Shown: positions 1 through 11,800 of the stretch, piece by piece
Layout of the letters: each line of letters begins with the position of its first letter
How positions within the stretch are numbered: position 1 is the stretch's first letter
DNA from: Phaeosaccion multiseriatum
Lineage: Eukaryota > Protista > Ochrophyta, other classes
DNA length: 64,000 bases
Direction of reading: 5' to 3'
NCBI GenBank assembly: GCA_965112735.1
Contig: OZ218951.1
Coordinates: 2,666,001 to 2,730,000 of the forward strand
Notes under the pieces: generated by a model
What the model saw: only the letters and a program-made list of their open reading frames with translations
Told to the model about the DNA's origin: nothing
The model's database searches: none
Translations under genes and position numbers: made by a program

Positions 1-2826
1 GCCCCACGGGGCTGCGCGTCTGAACCGACCGCCTCCACCACGTGCACCTCTACACCACTTGCTGTCGCCGCGCTTCGGACAGCTTCCAAGGCTCTGTGGT
101 TGTTCGAAGCGTGCTGCTCTTCAGCTGCCTGGGGAATCACGACGAGCCACGGAAGGCGGCCGGTCAGCGAAGCCTGCTGCGAAGCCGTGGGCACCTCCAC
201 CGCCTCCCACTCAACAACATAGAGCGGGCCCTGCTCAGCTTCACTCCGCGGCTGAGGTGCTGCTGTGGCTCGCGCTGTGTACCAAGGAAAGGCTTTGCGC
301 GTTGGGAACAGGATGTGCTCCTCGCCCTTACTCTCTGGCTGCTGCACTGTGCTCAGAGCTGCTCGAAACGACTCCTCGGAGCTCTTCCCGCGCGTGAGAG
401 AAGGGATCCACACCAGCCCCTCGCGACGCTCGCACTTGGCTCCCATGCTGCTCAGCACAGGGTGGGGGCCCACCTCAACGATGCTCAGGTCAGCCCCCCT
501 CCCGTCTCCCATCCAGTGCTCCACCACCGTGTGGATGCCTTCTGCGAACAGCACTGGCGACAGCATGTGTTGCACCCAATACGTCGCCTGCGTCACCTCC
601 TCTCCTCTCACCACCTCACCCGTCACGTTAGACACCAGGGGAATGCGTGGGGCGCTCAATGACACCTGCCTCAGAACCTCCTCCAGCGCACGTACAGCGG
701 GCTCCATCAGAGGAGAGTGGAAGGCGTGCGGCACCTCCAGGGCCTTGCAGCCCACCCCCTCCGCCGTGAGCTTCTCCACCACCTTGTCCACAGAGCTGCG
801 AGCTCCAGAGATCACGCTCGTGCTCGGTCCATTCGACGACGCCACCACCACCTCGCCTGCCCCCCCCGCAGCGTCGATGCTTGCCAAAGTCGCCTCCTTG
901 CCTGCCCTCACTGCGAACATCACTCCCTTGCCCTCGGGGCAGGCGTGCATGGCGGCCCCTCTCTTGGCGGACAGCATCAGCCCGTCCTCCAGCGACATGA
1001 CGCCGGCCACGCACGCCGCCACCACCTCGCCCAGGCTGTGGCCCATCACCATCGAGGGCTCCACGCCCTCCGACTTCCACAGCTCACACAGGGCGTACTC
1101 CAGCACAAACAGGCACGGCTGGCAGTAGCGCGTCTCCTTCAGCAGCGCTTGTGCAGTCTTGTCCTCCTCCTCCTCCCCGTCCTCAGCGGCGCCTAGGTAC
1201 ATGAGCTCCACCACAGACTTGTCCAGCCAAGCCCGCTCCATGAGCAGCGTACTGCACCGCTGCACGCACTCGCGGTACACGCCCTCCTTCTCGTACAGCT
1301 CCCTGCCCATGCCCACGTACTGCGAGCCCTGTCCAGTGAACAAGAACGTCACCGGCGATCTCTTCTTATTTCGCTGCACATCCAGCTGCAGCAAGGCTCC
1401 GCTCTCGCTCTCCTCTACTAGAGTCGGTCCGAAGCTGCTGAGCACCACATGGGCGTTGGCTCCTCCCGCACCGAAGGAGCTGACAGCAGCAGTACGCCTC
1501 TCCCCGTCCCTGGCACTCAGTGGCACTATGGCAGACGGCAAAGTCACCGCAAAGCCATCCAGGCGCAGCTCCGGATTGAGCTTCTTCATGTGGAGATTGG
1601 GGGGAGCCGATCCGTGCTGAAGGACCAGCAGAGCTTTGATGAGGCCAGCGATTCCGGACGCACCCTCTAGATGCCCGATATTGGTCTTCACCGCCCCAAC
1701 CACTAGGGGCCGATCTTCCTCGCGGCCGTGGCCATACACGGCTCTCAAAGCACTCATCTCGATGGGGTCGCCGAGAGAAGTCCCGGTGCCGTGTGCCTCC
1801 ACGTAATCAACCTCCAGACCGTTCAAGCCGGCCTCCGCCAGTGCCTGCTCCATCAGACGCTGCTGAGCAGTAGGGCTCGGGGCAGTGTAGCGCAAACTTC
1901 TCCCGTTGTGGTTCGCAGAGCAGCCATTGACGACAGCAAGGATGTGGTCGCCATTGGTCTGTGCATCGTCCAGTCGCTTCAGCACCACGGCGCCGCAGCC
2001 CTCACCTCGAACATAACCGTTGGCCGCAGCGTCGAACGTCTTGCAGCGCCTGACAATGAGGAATCGTGGGTTTGCAACAGTGAAGAACAGAGAAGAGGTA
2101 ATCCATCAGCAACAGGGGGCTTTTTTCTTGGGCCTTTTGATCTTGCTCTCATACCGGCCCCAAGAACAAGCTCCCACCCACGCAAACGAGACACGCACTT
2201 ACCAGTCAAGACTCAGGAAACCTCCGTCGGCGAGGGTCTCGAACGTTTGTGTACCCAGCAGCAAGTTGACGCCTCCCACCACGGCGATGTCACACTTACC
2301 CAGCCGCAAGCTGCTGCAGGCCCCTTCCAGTGCCACCAAAGACGACGAGCACGCCGTGTCGACACTTACGCTCGGCCCTCCGAGGCCCAGCACGTAAGAC
2401 ATCCGATTTGCTGGACTCGCATTGGAGATGCCCATGACGGAGTACACACCCTTGCTCGCATCGTCTACCACTGAGCCCCACTCGCTGCCGGACATACCCA
2501 CGAACACACCGGTGTTGCTGCCCTGTAGTGTATCCTTGCGATATCCCGCCCTGTGCAGAGCCTCGTACCCCACCTCCAGCATGACGCGCTGATGAGGGTC
2601 CATGGCACCCGCCTCGGCCGCCGAGATGCCGAAGAAGGTGTTGTCAAAAGCCTCCACTCCATCAATGAAGCCCCCTTGCCACTGCTTCTGACCCTCATCG
2701 GCCCAGCGCCCAACAGGGCTTGCTCCAATACAGTTTGTCCCTGCACAGAGCATAGCCCAGAAGGCCTCGGGGTTCTTAACCCCCCCAGGGAAGCGACAGG
2801 CGACACCGACGACGGCCAGCGGCGCC
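1..2826 (-). other. PKS module 3 (partial): KS-AT(malonyl) followed directly by start of KR structural subdomain
   Basis: Hand translation of exon 2049-1 is open to the window edge: RCKTFDAAANGYVRGEG...EAHGTGT...KTNIGHLEGA...FTGQGSQ...GHSLG...HAFH...KAFPWYTARA...LYVVEWEAVE...PWLVVIPQ. The last part matches the post-DH segment of module 2 (YALEWQVAE...KWLVVIPQ). Confidence 0.85.
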
Positions 2827-5800
2827 CTTGAGTCAGTGCGGTGCGCTTCAGCAGCGATCGCCGCAGAGCGACTGCTAGAGGCGTCCTCAATCGCTTCAAG
2901 CACCTCCGCTTCGATCCACACTGCCAGCGCCGCTACCGTGGGATGCGCAAAGAGCACATCAGTGGTCACCACAACCCCGAAGCGAGCATGCAGCCGGCCG
3001 CGCAGCTCCACTATTGACAAAGAATCAAGACCTGCTTCCATCAAAGGAGTGTTCTCGTCCAGCTCTTCGACACCATCCCCAAGTAGGTCCACGGCCATAT
3101 CAAGCACCGCCAATCGCACTGATTGCTGTCGCTCACCAGGGGGCAGTCTCAAGAGCGCCTCGCGCACTTCATTGTTGAGTTTGGTGTTGCTTGATGCGCC
3201 TGCTGCTGTTGAGACAAGCCCTGACAGCAGCGGCGATCGACGGGATGCCCCCAAGCTGCGTGCAAACTTGCCCCAGTCCATGCCAGGCAGGACAGCCACA
3301 TCACCCACGGATGCTGACGACATCGAAGCGGCGTCTAAGGCAGCCATGCCCAGCTCAGCTGACACCGTGCCCACACCCGCCAGCTCCAACTGCTTTTGAA
3401 CGATGTCGAGCTGGGCGGCCATACCAACGTCAGCCCACGGCCCCCACTGCAATGACGTCCCTGCAAGGCCGAGGTGTCGCCTATGCCGCATCAGCCCGTC
3501 CACAGCCGTATTCGCCGCGGCGTAGTTTGCCTGTCCAGCGTTGCCCAGTACTCCGGCCATGGATGTGAAGCAAAAGAAGAAGTCAAGGCCAGGAGCGCGC
3601 CCCTCCTCCTTCGCCCAAACCAACGAAAGCTCGTGTAAGTTCACCGCCCCCTGCACCTTGGGTCGGAAAACGTTCATCACGCTCTCCGCCGTCTGCTCTC
3701 CCAGCAGCTTATCATCCAGCACCCCGGCAGCATGCACCACACCGCGTACAGGGGGGAGCAGAGGCAGGACGCCCCCCAGGCAAGTCCGAAGCGCCTCAGC
3801 ATCAGCAACATCACAAGTAGGAGTATGGATCAGCTCCACCTTGGTCCGAAGCTGCTGCCACTGTTCTGTCATGCTCTCGGCGAACTTCCCACTCCTCGAC
3901 AGCAGCACCAGGTGACGAGCGCCCCTCGACGCGAGGTGCTGAGCCGTCACGAGGCCGAGAGCCCCCAGACCGCCGCTGATGACGTACGTGCCATCGGACA
4001 CCACTGGCACACCATACGAGGGGTTGGTCAGCACCACCTTGCCGATGTGCTTCGCTTGGCTCATGTATACCATGGCCTTCTGCGTATCCTCCCTCATGTC
4101 AAAGGGTATGGTCGGTAGGGCCTTCACATTGCCTGACATGCAGTCATCAGCCAGATGCTGCAGCTCGTCGCTTATCCAGCCCGGCTCACGAGCTAAGAAG
4201 TCAGACTCAACCGTGCTATCCAGTGCCAGTAGCTCGTACCTCACATCGGGCCGGGCGGTGCGCATCTGCTCGTGACTCCACACGCCTCGCTTGCCAATCT
4301 CGACGAATATACCGCCCTCACTCAGCATGTCCAATGAGAAGGGAATGTAATTCTCGTTCAGACTGTTGAGCACCACATCGACCTTCACCTCACCCATGGA
4401 CTGCTTGAACGCCTCTGCGTCTCGAGATGACGCAATGTGCTCCACTCCCAAGCTCCGGAGGAAGTCATGCTTCACAGCAGCACCAGCGGTGGCGTACACC
4501 TCTGCGCCGACCCGCTGAGCATACTGTACGGCAGCAAGACCCACACCGCCAGACGCGGTGTGAATCAGTACCTTCTCTCCAACCTTGAGGCCCTCAAGGG
4601 CCTTCATCACGGTGAGGAACACGGTGGGAAGTGCAGCGGCCTGCTCGAAGCTCAGCACCGCCGGCATCACGGCCAGACACGCATCACTCGTGGTCATACG
4701 ACTGCGCAAACACCCTCCGTCCGCAAAGCCAAACACTGAGTCGCCGACACGGAAGCGCGAGCTTCCTCCCACACTGATCACCTCCCCGGCGAACTCGGAG
4801 CAAGGATCTCCAGGGTCGCCAGGGTACATGTCCAGCACATTCAACACGTCTCGGAAGTTCAGCCCAACAGCCCTCACCGCCACCTCTACGGAGCTGCCAG
4901 CTGCTGGGTCGAGGGACTGATGCTTACCAACAGTCGTATCGTCACGCAGGACGAAAGCGTTCACAATGCTGCCTCTTGCCTTCAAGTCTAGCGCGAAGGG
5001 AAGCTGCAGGGACTGATGTACAAGCTGAGGCGTCCAGCACTGCCCATCGCGTACCCACACATCTTCTGAGGTGGGCGTGAAGGCCAAGCCCAAGGCAAGC
5101 TCCCTGTCTGAGGGCTCCTTGTCGCTCAGGTCCACCACGCCAATCTGTATGGAAGGGTGCTCCACCCTCGCAGTCTGCACCAGCCCAGTCACCCAACTGT
5201 CACGCCAGTCCTCGCCGCTTTGGACGCCCCTCGTAAAGACCGTCAGCGGCACATTCGACGTAGTGGTCAGGCTCCTGAGTAGAGCCATCAGGGCGTAGGC
5301 CGCTCGTGCTTGCAGCCCCCCTTCTACGTCTTGATCGTCATCCCCAGAGATGAGCACGTACACGACACGAGTCCACTCGTTCTCTCCAAGAAGAAGAGCA
5401 TCATCGTCCCAAGAGGCGTCCATCCCCCCATACTGAGTGTGCACGTGCACGTTCTCCGGAACGCAGCGCCGCACTGCAGCAATGATTGCAGTCTCTCCCT
5501 CACACTCGTCCTGTGGAATCACCACCAGCCACTTCTGTGGCGCCGCCGCCTCAGTAGGGTCAGTATCAGTATGTGCAGACGGTTCAGCAACCTGCCACTC
5601 CAATGCGTACGTTGCACGACGAACGGGGCTGACGCGCACAAAGCCCCTCGCCCGCTGCACGCGGAAGCCCCGCATCTCCACGAGCACCTCTTTGCTGTCG
5701 AAGTCTGCAATCACCACATCGAACTTTGCGCTGTCCGCCACTGACTGGACCTCACTCAGCACCGTGTGCACCCACACGTTCTTTCCCGTCATGGAGGCGG

Positions 5801-8800
5801 AAACGACCACCTCGTCAAAGCCAGCAGGTAGGAACGGAGAGCCCCTCCCCTCCTTGAGCAGCTTCCTTGGCAGCGCTTGCATGATGGTATGGGTAGCATT
5901 GTCCAGCACCGCAGGGTGCAGAGTAAAGCCCTTCAACTCCCACGGCTCGCACAGCTCCTCATCCATGGCACAAACGACCGACAGAACCTCTCCGACCCCG
6001 CCGTACATGTGGCGGGTCCGCTGAAAGCGGGGGCCGTACTGGAAACCGGCGTCTACGAATGACTTGTAGACCTCACTCGATACGTCATGCTCGCCAACTC
6101 TAGCTCGAATGGATTCCACGTGCAGCGAAGCACGCGCCGTGTTTCGCTCCGTGACAGACACGTGCTTTAGTCTTGCCGTGGTGGCCTTGTCGCCCGTGGC
6201 ACCTCCGAAGAACTGCATGCTTCCATCTGGCGCGTGAAGGGCACTCATCCCCGCACAAACCATTGTATGGCGGCCTTGCGCCTGGTCCGTGCCGACCTGT
6301 TGGAAACCCTCAATCTCCAGTGGAACCACAAAGCTGGCTCCTTGCAGGACTACCTGCTGCTCCACCCCGAGCTGTCTTCCTCCTAGAGCAGCGACGACGC
6401 CCACTTCAATGTACGTCACCCCCGGAATGATCACCACATTGTTGACGGCATGGTCCTTGAGAAGGCCCTTGAGGTGAGGGGAGAAGGGGCTGGCGAGCCG
6501 CATTCCGTCTCCCTCCTGGACCACCTCACCACTTGGTATAAACGCCAGCGGAGGCTTGTACCAAGGAAAGGCTTTGCGCGTTGGGAACAGGATGTGCTCC
6601 TCGCCCTTTCTCTCTGGCTGCTGCACTGTGCTCAGAGCTGCTCGAAACGACTCCTCGGAGCTCTTCCCGCGCGTGAGAGAAGAGATCCACACCAGCCCCT
6701 CGCGAAGCTCGCACTTGGCCCCCATACTGCTCAGCACAGGGCTGGGGCCCACCTCAACGATGCTCAGGTCAGCCCCCCTCCCGTCTCCCATCCAGTGCTC
6801 CACCACCGTGTGGATGCCTTCTGCGAACAGCACTGGCGACAGCATGTGTTGCACCCAATACGTCGCCTGCGTCACCTCCTCCTCTCTCACCACCTCACCC
6901 GTCACGTTGGACACCAGGGGAATGCGTGGAGCGCGGAATGACACCTGCCTCAGAACCTCCTCCAGCGCACGTACAGCGCGCTCCATCAGAGGAGAGTGGA
7001 AGGCGTGCGGCACCTCCAGGGCCTTGCAGCCCACCCCATCCGCCGTGAGCTTCTCCACCACCTTGTCCACAGCGCTGCGAGCTCCAGAGATCACGCTCGC
7101 CCTCGGTCCATTCGACGACGCCAGCACCACCTCGTCTGCCCCCCCTGCAGCGTCGATGCTTGCCAAAGTCGCCTCCTTGCCTGCCCTCACTGCGAACATC
7201 ACTCCCTTGCCCTCGGGGCAGGCCTGCATGGCGGCCCCTCTCTTGGCGGACAGCATCAGCCCGTCCTCCAGCGACATGACGCCGGCCACGCACGCCGCCA
7301 CCACCTCGCCCAGGCTGTGGCCCATCACCATCGAGGGCTCCACGCCCTCCGACTTCCACAGCTCACACAGGGCGTACTCCAGCACAAACAGGCATGGCTG
7401 GTAGTAGCGTGTCTCCTTCAGCAGCGCTTGTGCAGTCTCCTCCTCTTCCTCCTCCTCCCCATCCTCAGCGGCGGCAGGGTACATGAGCTCCACCACAGAC
7501 TTGTCCAGCCAGGCCCGCTCCATGAGCAGCGTACTGCACTGCTGCACGCACTCGCGGAACACGCCCTCCTTCTCGTACAGCTCCCTGCCCATGCCCACGT
7601 ACTGCGAGCCCTGTCCAGTGAACAAGAACACCACCGGTGAACGCTTCTTCCTTTGCTGCCCATCCAGCTGCAGCAAGATCTCACCCCTCTCAACCAACGT
7701 TGGTCCGAAGCTGCTGAGCAGTGCGTGGGCGTTGGTGCCTCCAAATCCGAAGGAGCTCACCCCGACCACCACAGATCCATCAGAGTTGGTGGGTAAAGGG
7801 GTCATGGAAGATGGGAACAGGACTGCAATTCCCTCCACGTCGAGCTCTGGGTTTGGCTCGATGAAGTGAAGATTGGGTGGAGCGGTCTTGTGCTGCGCCA
7901 CCAGGACGGCTTTGATGAGTCCGGCAATCCCTGCCGCTCCCTCCAAGTGCCCGATGTTTGTCTTGAGCGCCCCCACGATCAAAGGCTTCGCTTCATCGCG
8001 GTCGTGGGCGAACACTCCTCTGAGAGCGCTCATCTCGATGGGGTCGCCGAGAGACGTGCCCGTGCCGTGGGCCTCGACGAAACTAACGTCGTTTGCAGAT
8101 AGCCCGGCGTCGATCAAGGCGTCTGTGATGAGCTGCTTTTGAGAACCAGGGTTTGGAGCCGTCATCCGCGCGGTGGGCCCATTATGGTTCACAGCCGAGC
8201 CTCGCAGGACAGCCAGCACCTCATCGTCGTTGGCAAGGGCGTCGTCTAGGCGCTTCACCACGATTGCTCCGCACCCCTCGCCTCTGACGTAGCCGTTGGC
8301 GGCCTTGTCAAATGTTTTACAGTGCCTTGAGAGTGAGGACGGAAGGGGGAAATAGGGAAGATTTAGCTAAGAAGGAGGGAGGAGAAAGGGGCGATTTAAG
8401 GTTCTCACTCTACCTCCCTGAACGAAACAGTGGTGCATGACCAGGTGCCTACCGACTACCATATCGGGCCTTCACCTGGAGAGCATCATACTCATTAACT
8501 TCCTCCCTCCCCTCCCTCCCTCCCTCTCCTCCCTCCCTCCCGCCCCTCCCTCCCTCCCGCCCCTCCCTCCCTCCCTCTCCTCCTTCCTTCCTCCCTGCCC
8601 CCCCCCCCTCTCTCCTCCTCCCTCACGCACACTCAAGCACTCACCCGTCTGGCGAGAGAAACCCTCCTGAGGAAAGGAGCTTGAAGGGCGCCTCGCTGAG
8701 AAGCAGGTTCACTCCACCGACCACAGCTGTGTCACATTTGCCCAATCGCAGGCTGCTGCAGGCGTTGTCCAGGGCGACCAAGGAAGAGGAGCACGCCGTG

Positions 8801-11800
8801 TCTACAGTTGAGCTCGGCCCCTTCAACCCCAGCGCGTAGGAAACTCGGTTGGCCAAATTCGACATGGAGGCTCCTGACGCCGCGTACACGCCCTCGCTCG
8901 CCTCGCCAGCTCCTTGGCTTGCTTTGGCCTGCAGCCAATCGCTTCCAGCGCAGCCGATGAAGACCCCTGTCTCGCTCTTGCGGAGTTTGCTCTTGTCACA
9001 GCCTGCCCTGTGCAGCGCCTCGAAGGCCACCTCCAGCAGCACGCGCTGGTTGGGGTCCATGCTTTCCGCTTCCGCTGACGAAATGCCAAAGAAGATGTTG
9101 TCGAAGAGGTGGACGCCCTCTATGAAGCCTCCTCGCCACTCCTTCGAGCCGCCTCCCCACCTGTCTGCTGGAGCTGTAGAGATGCAGTCCGATCCCGTGC
9201 AAAGCATGCTCCAGAAACCTTGGGGCGAAGTCACTCCTCCTGGAAAGCGGCACGCCATGCCCACCACCGCCAGCGGAGCTCGCATGCTTTGAGGCGAAGC
9301 CGAGGTGGAGCGCAAATCTCGCATTGGGTCTGTGGCAGCCCTTCCCATTACCTCGCCATCCAACCAGCCCACCAGCTCCGCTAAGCTGGGGTACTCAAAG
9401 AGCACATCGGCGGTGGCTGTCACCCCCAAGTCAGCGTGAAGGCGATTCCGCACCTCCACGAGTGCCATCGAATCCAGGCCTGCCTCCATCAAGGGCACAT
9501 TGTCGTCCAGCGGGGGCATGTCTGCATCAACACACTTCAGCACGGTCGCCTTGAGCGCTTCCAAAAGAGCAACGCGTCGATCCTCTGGGGATTGCGCAAA
9601 GAGAGTCTTGCGCAGCTGTGAGAGGGCGTCTCCAGCTGGGAGAGGAGCAGATACAGGACCTCCGCAATCGTGTGTGGGTGTTGCCCTCCTCGGGAGGGGA
9701 AACTCTCGTGACGAGGGGAACCCCTGCCAAGGGGTGACCACTCTCTCTGCTGCGCCTTTGGGCCTCACGCCGCCATAGCTTCCCAAGATGACGTGGGCGT
9801 TGAAGCCGCCAACACCGTAGGAATTCACCCCTGCGAGCAGCGTCGAGCCGTCAGAGCAGTGGGAGGAGAGGGGCGTCCTTCGGGTGGGCAGCGTGACGGG
9901 CACGCCCGCCAGCTTCAGGTTGGGGTTGACCTCCTTCAGGTGTAGGTTGGCTGGGGCCTCTCGGTGTTGTACTACCAAGATGGCCTTGATGAGCTGAGCC
10001 ATCCCTGACGCCCCTTCCATGTGGCCTAGAGTAGTCTTGACAGTACCCACTACAAGGGGGGAGGCATCAGGCCTGTTGGGGGTAAACGCTGCCTTGAGAG
10101 CGCCTAATGAGTATCACGCGACGTGCGTTCATGCGTGCGTCCGTGAGGGACGGAGAGAGAGAGGGAGGGTAGGAGGGAGGGTAGAAGGGAGGGAGGGAGG
10201 AGGGAGGGGGGGAGGGAGGGAGGGACGGAGGGAGGGACGAGGGAGGGAGGGAGGGAGGGAGGGAGAGAGAGGGAGGAAAGGATGGAAGGAGGGAGGAAGG
10301 GAGGGGGGGATGAAGGGAGAAAGGAAGGAAGGAAGGGAGGGAGGGAGGGAGGGAGGGAGGGAGGGAGGGAGGGAGGGAGGGAGGGAGGGTGGGAGGGAGG
10401 GAGGGAGGGAGGGAGGGAGGGAGGGAGGGAGGGAGGGAGGGAGGGAGGGAGGGAGGGAGGGAGGGAGGGAGGGAGGGAGGGAGGGAGGGAGGGAGGGAGG
10501 GAGGGAGGGAGGGAGGGAGGGAGGGAGGGAGGGAGGGAGGGAGGGAGGGAGGGAGGGAGGGAGGGAGGGAGGGAGGGAGGGAGGGAGGGAGGGAGGGAGG
10601 GAGGGAGGGAGGGAGGGAGGGAGGGAGGGAGGGAGGGAGGGAGGGAGGGAGGGAGGGAGGGAGGGAGGGAGGGAGGGAGGGAGGGAGGGAGGGAGGGAGG
10701 GAGGGAGGGAGGGAGGGAGGGAGGGAGGGAGGGAGGGAGGGAGGGAGGGAGGGAGGGAGGGAGGGAGGGAGGGAGGGAGGGAGGGAGGGAGGGAGGGAGG
10801 GAGGGAGGGAGGGAGGGAGGGAGGGAGGGAGGGAGGGAGGGAGGGAGGGAGGGAGGGAGGGAGGGAGGGAGGGAGGGAGGGAGGGAGGGAGGGAGGGAGG
10901 GAGGGAGGGAGGGAGGGAGGGAGGGAGGGAGGGAGGGAGGGAGGGAGGGAGGGAGGGAGGGAGGGAGGGAGGGAGGGAGGGAGGGAGGGAGGGAGGGAGG
11001 GAGGGAGGGAGGGAGGGAGGGAGGGAGGGAGGGAGGGAGGGAGGGAGGGAGGGAGGGAGGGAGGGAGGGAGGGAGGGAGGGAGGGAGGGAGGGAGGGAGG
11101 GAGGGAGGGAGGGAGGGAGGGAGGGAGGGAGGGAGGGAGGGAGGGAGGGAGGGAGGGAGGGAGGGAGGGAGGGAGGGAGGGAGGGAGGGAGGGAGGGAGG
11201 GAGGGAGGGAGGGAGGGAGGGAGGGAGGGAGGGAGGGAGGGAGGGAGGGAGGGAGGGAGGGAGGGAGGGAGGGAGGGAGGGAGGGAGGGAGGGAGGGAGG
11301 GAGGGAGGGAGGGAGGGAGGGAGGGAGGGAGGGAGGGAGGGAGGGAGGGAGGGAGGGAGGGAGGGAGGGAGGGAGGGAGGGAGGGAGGGAGGGAGGGAGG
11401 GAGGGAGGGAGGGAGGGAGGGAGGGAGGGAGGGAGGGAGGGAGGGAGGGAGGGAGGGAGGGAGGGAGGGAGGGAGGGAGGGAGGGAGGGAGGGAGGGAGG
11501 GAGGGAGGGAGGGAGGGAGGGAGGGAGGGAGGGAGGGAGGGAGGGAGGGAGGGAGGGAGGGAGGGAGGGAGGGAGGGAGGGAGGGAGGGAGGGAGGGAGG
11601 GAGGGAGGGAGGGAGGGAGGGAGGGAGGGAGGGAGGGAGGGAGGGAGGGAGGGAGGGAGGGAGGGAGGGAGGGAGGGAGGGAGGGAGGGAGGGAGGGAGG
11701 GAGGGAGGGAGGGAGGGAGGGAGGGAGGGAGGGAGGGAGGGAGGGAGGGAGGGAGGGAGGGAGGGAGGGAGGGAGGGAGGGAGGGAGGGAGGGAGGGAGG

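Noticed and set aside
42-9778. Many plus-strand ORFs over the PKS (also antisense to V-ATPase and CFAP69)
   Set aside because: Antisense shadows of GC-rich coding sequence with no motifs of their own.
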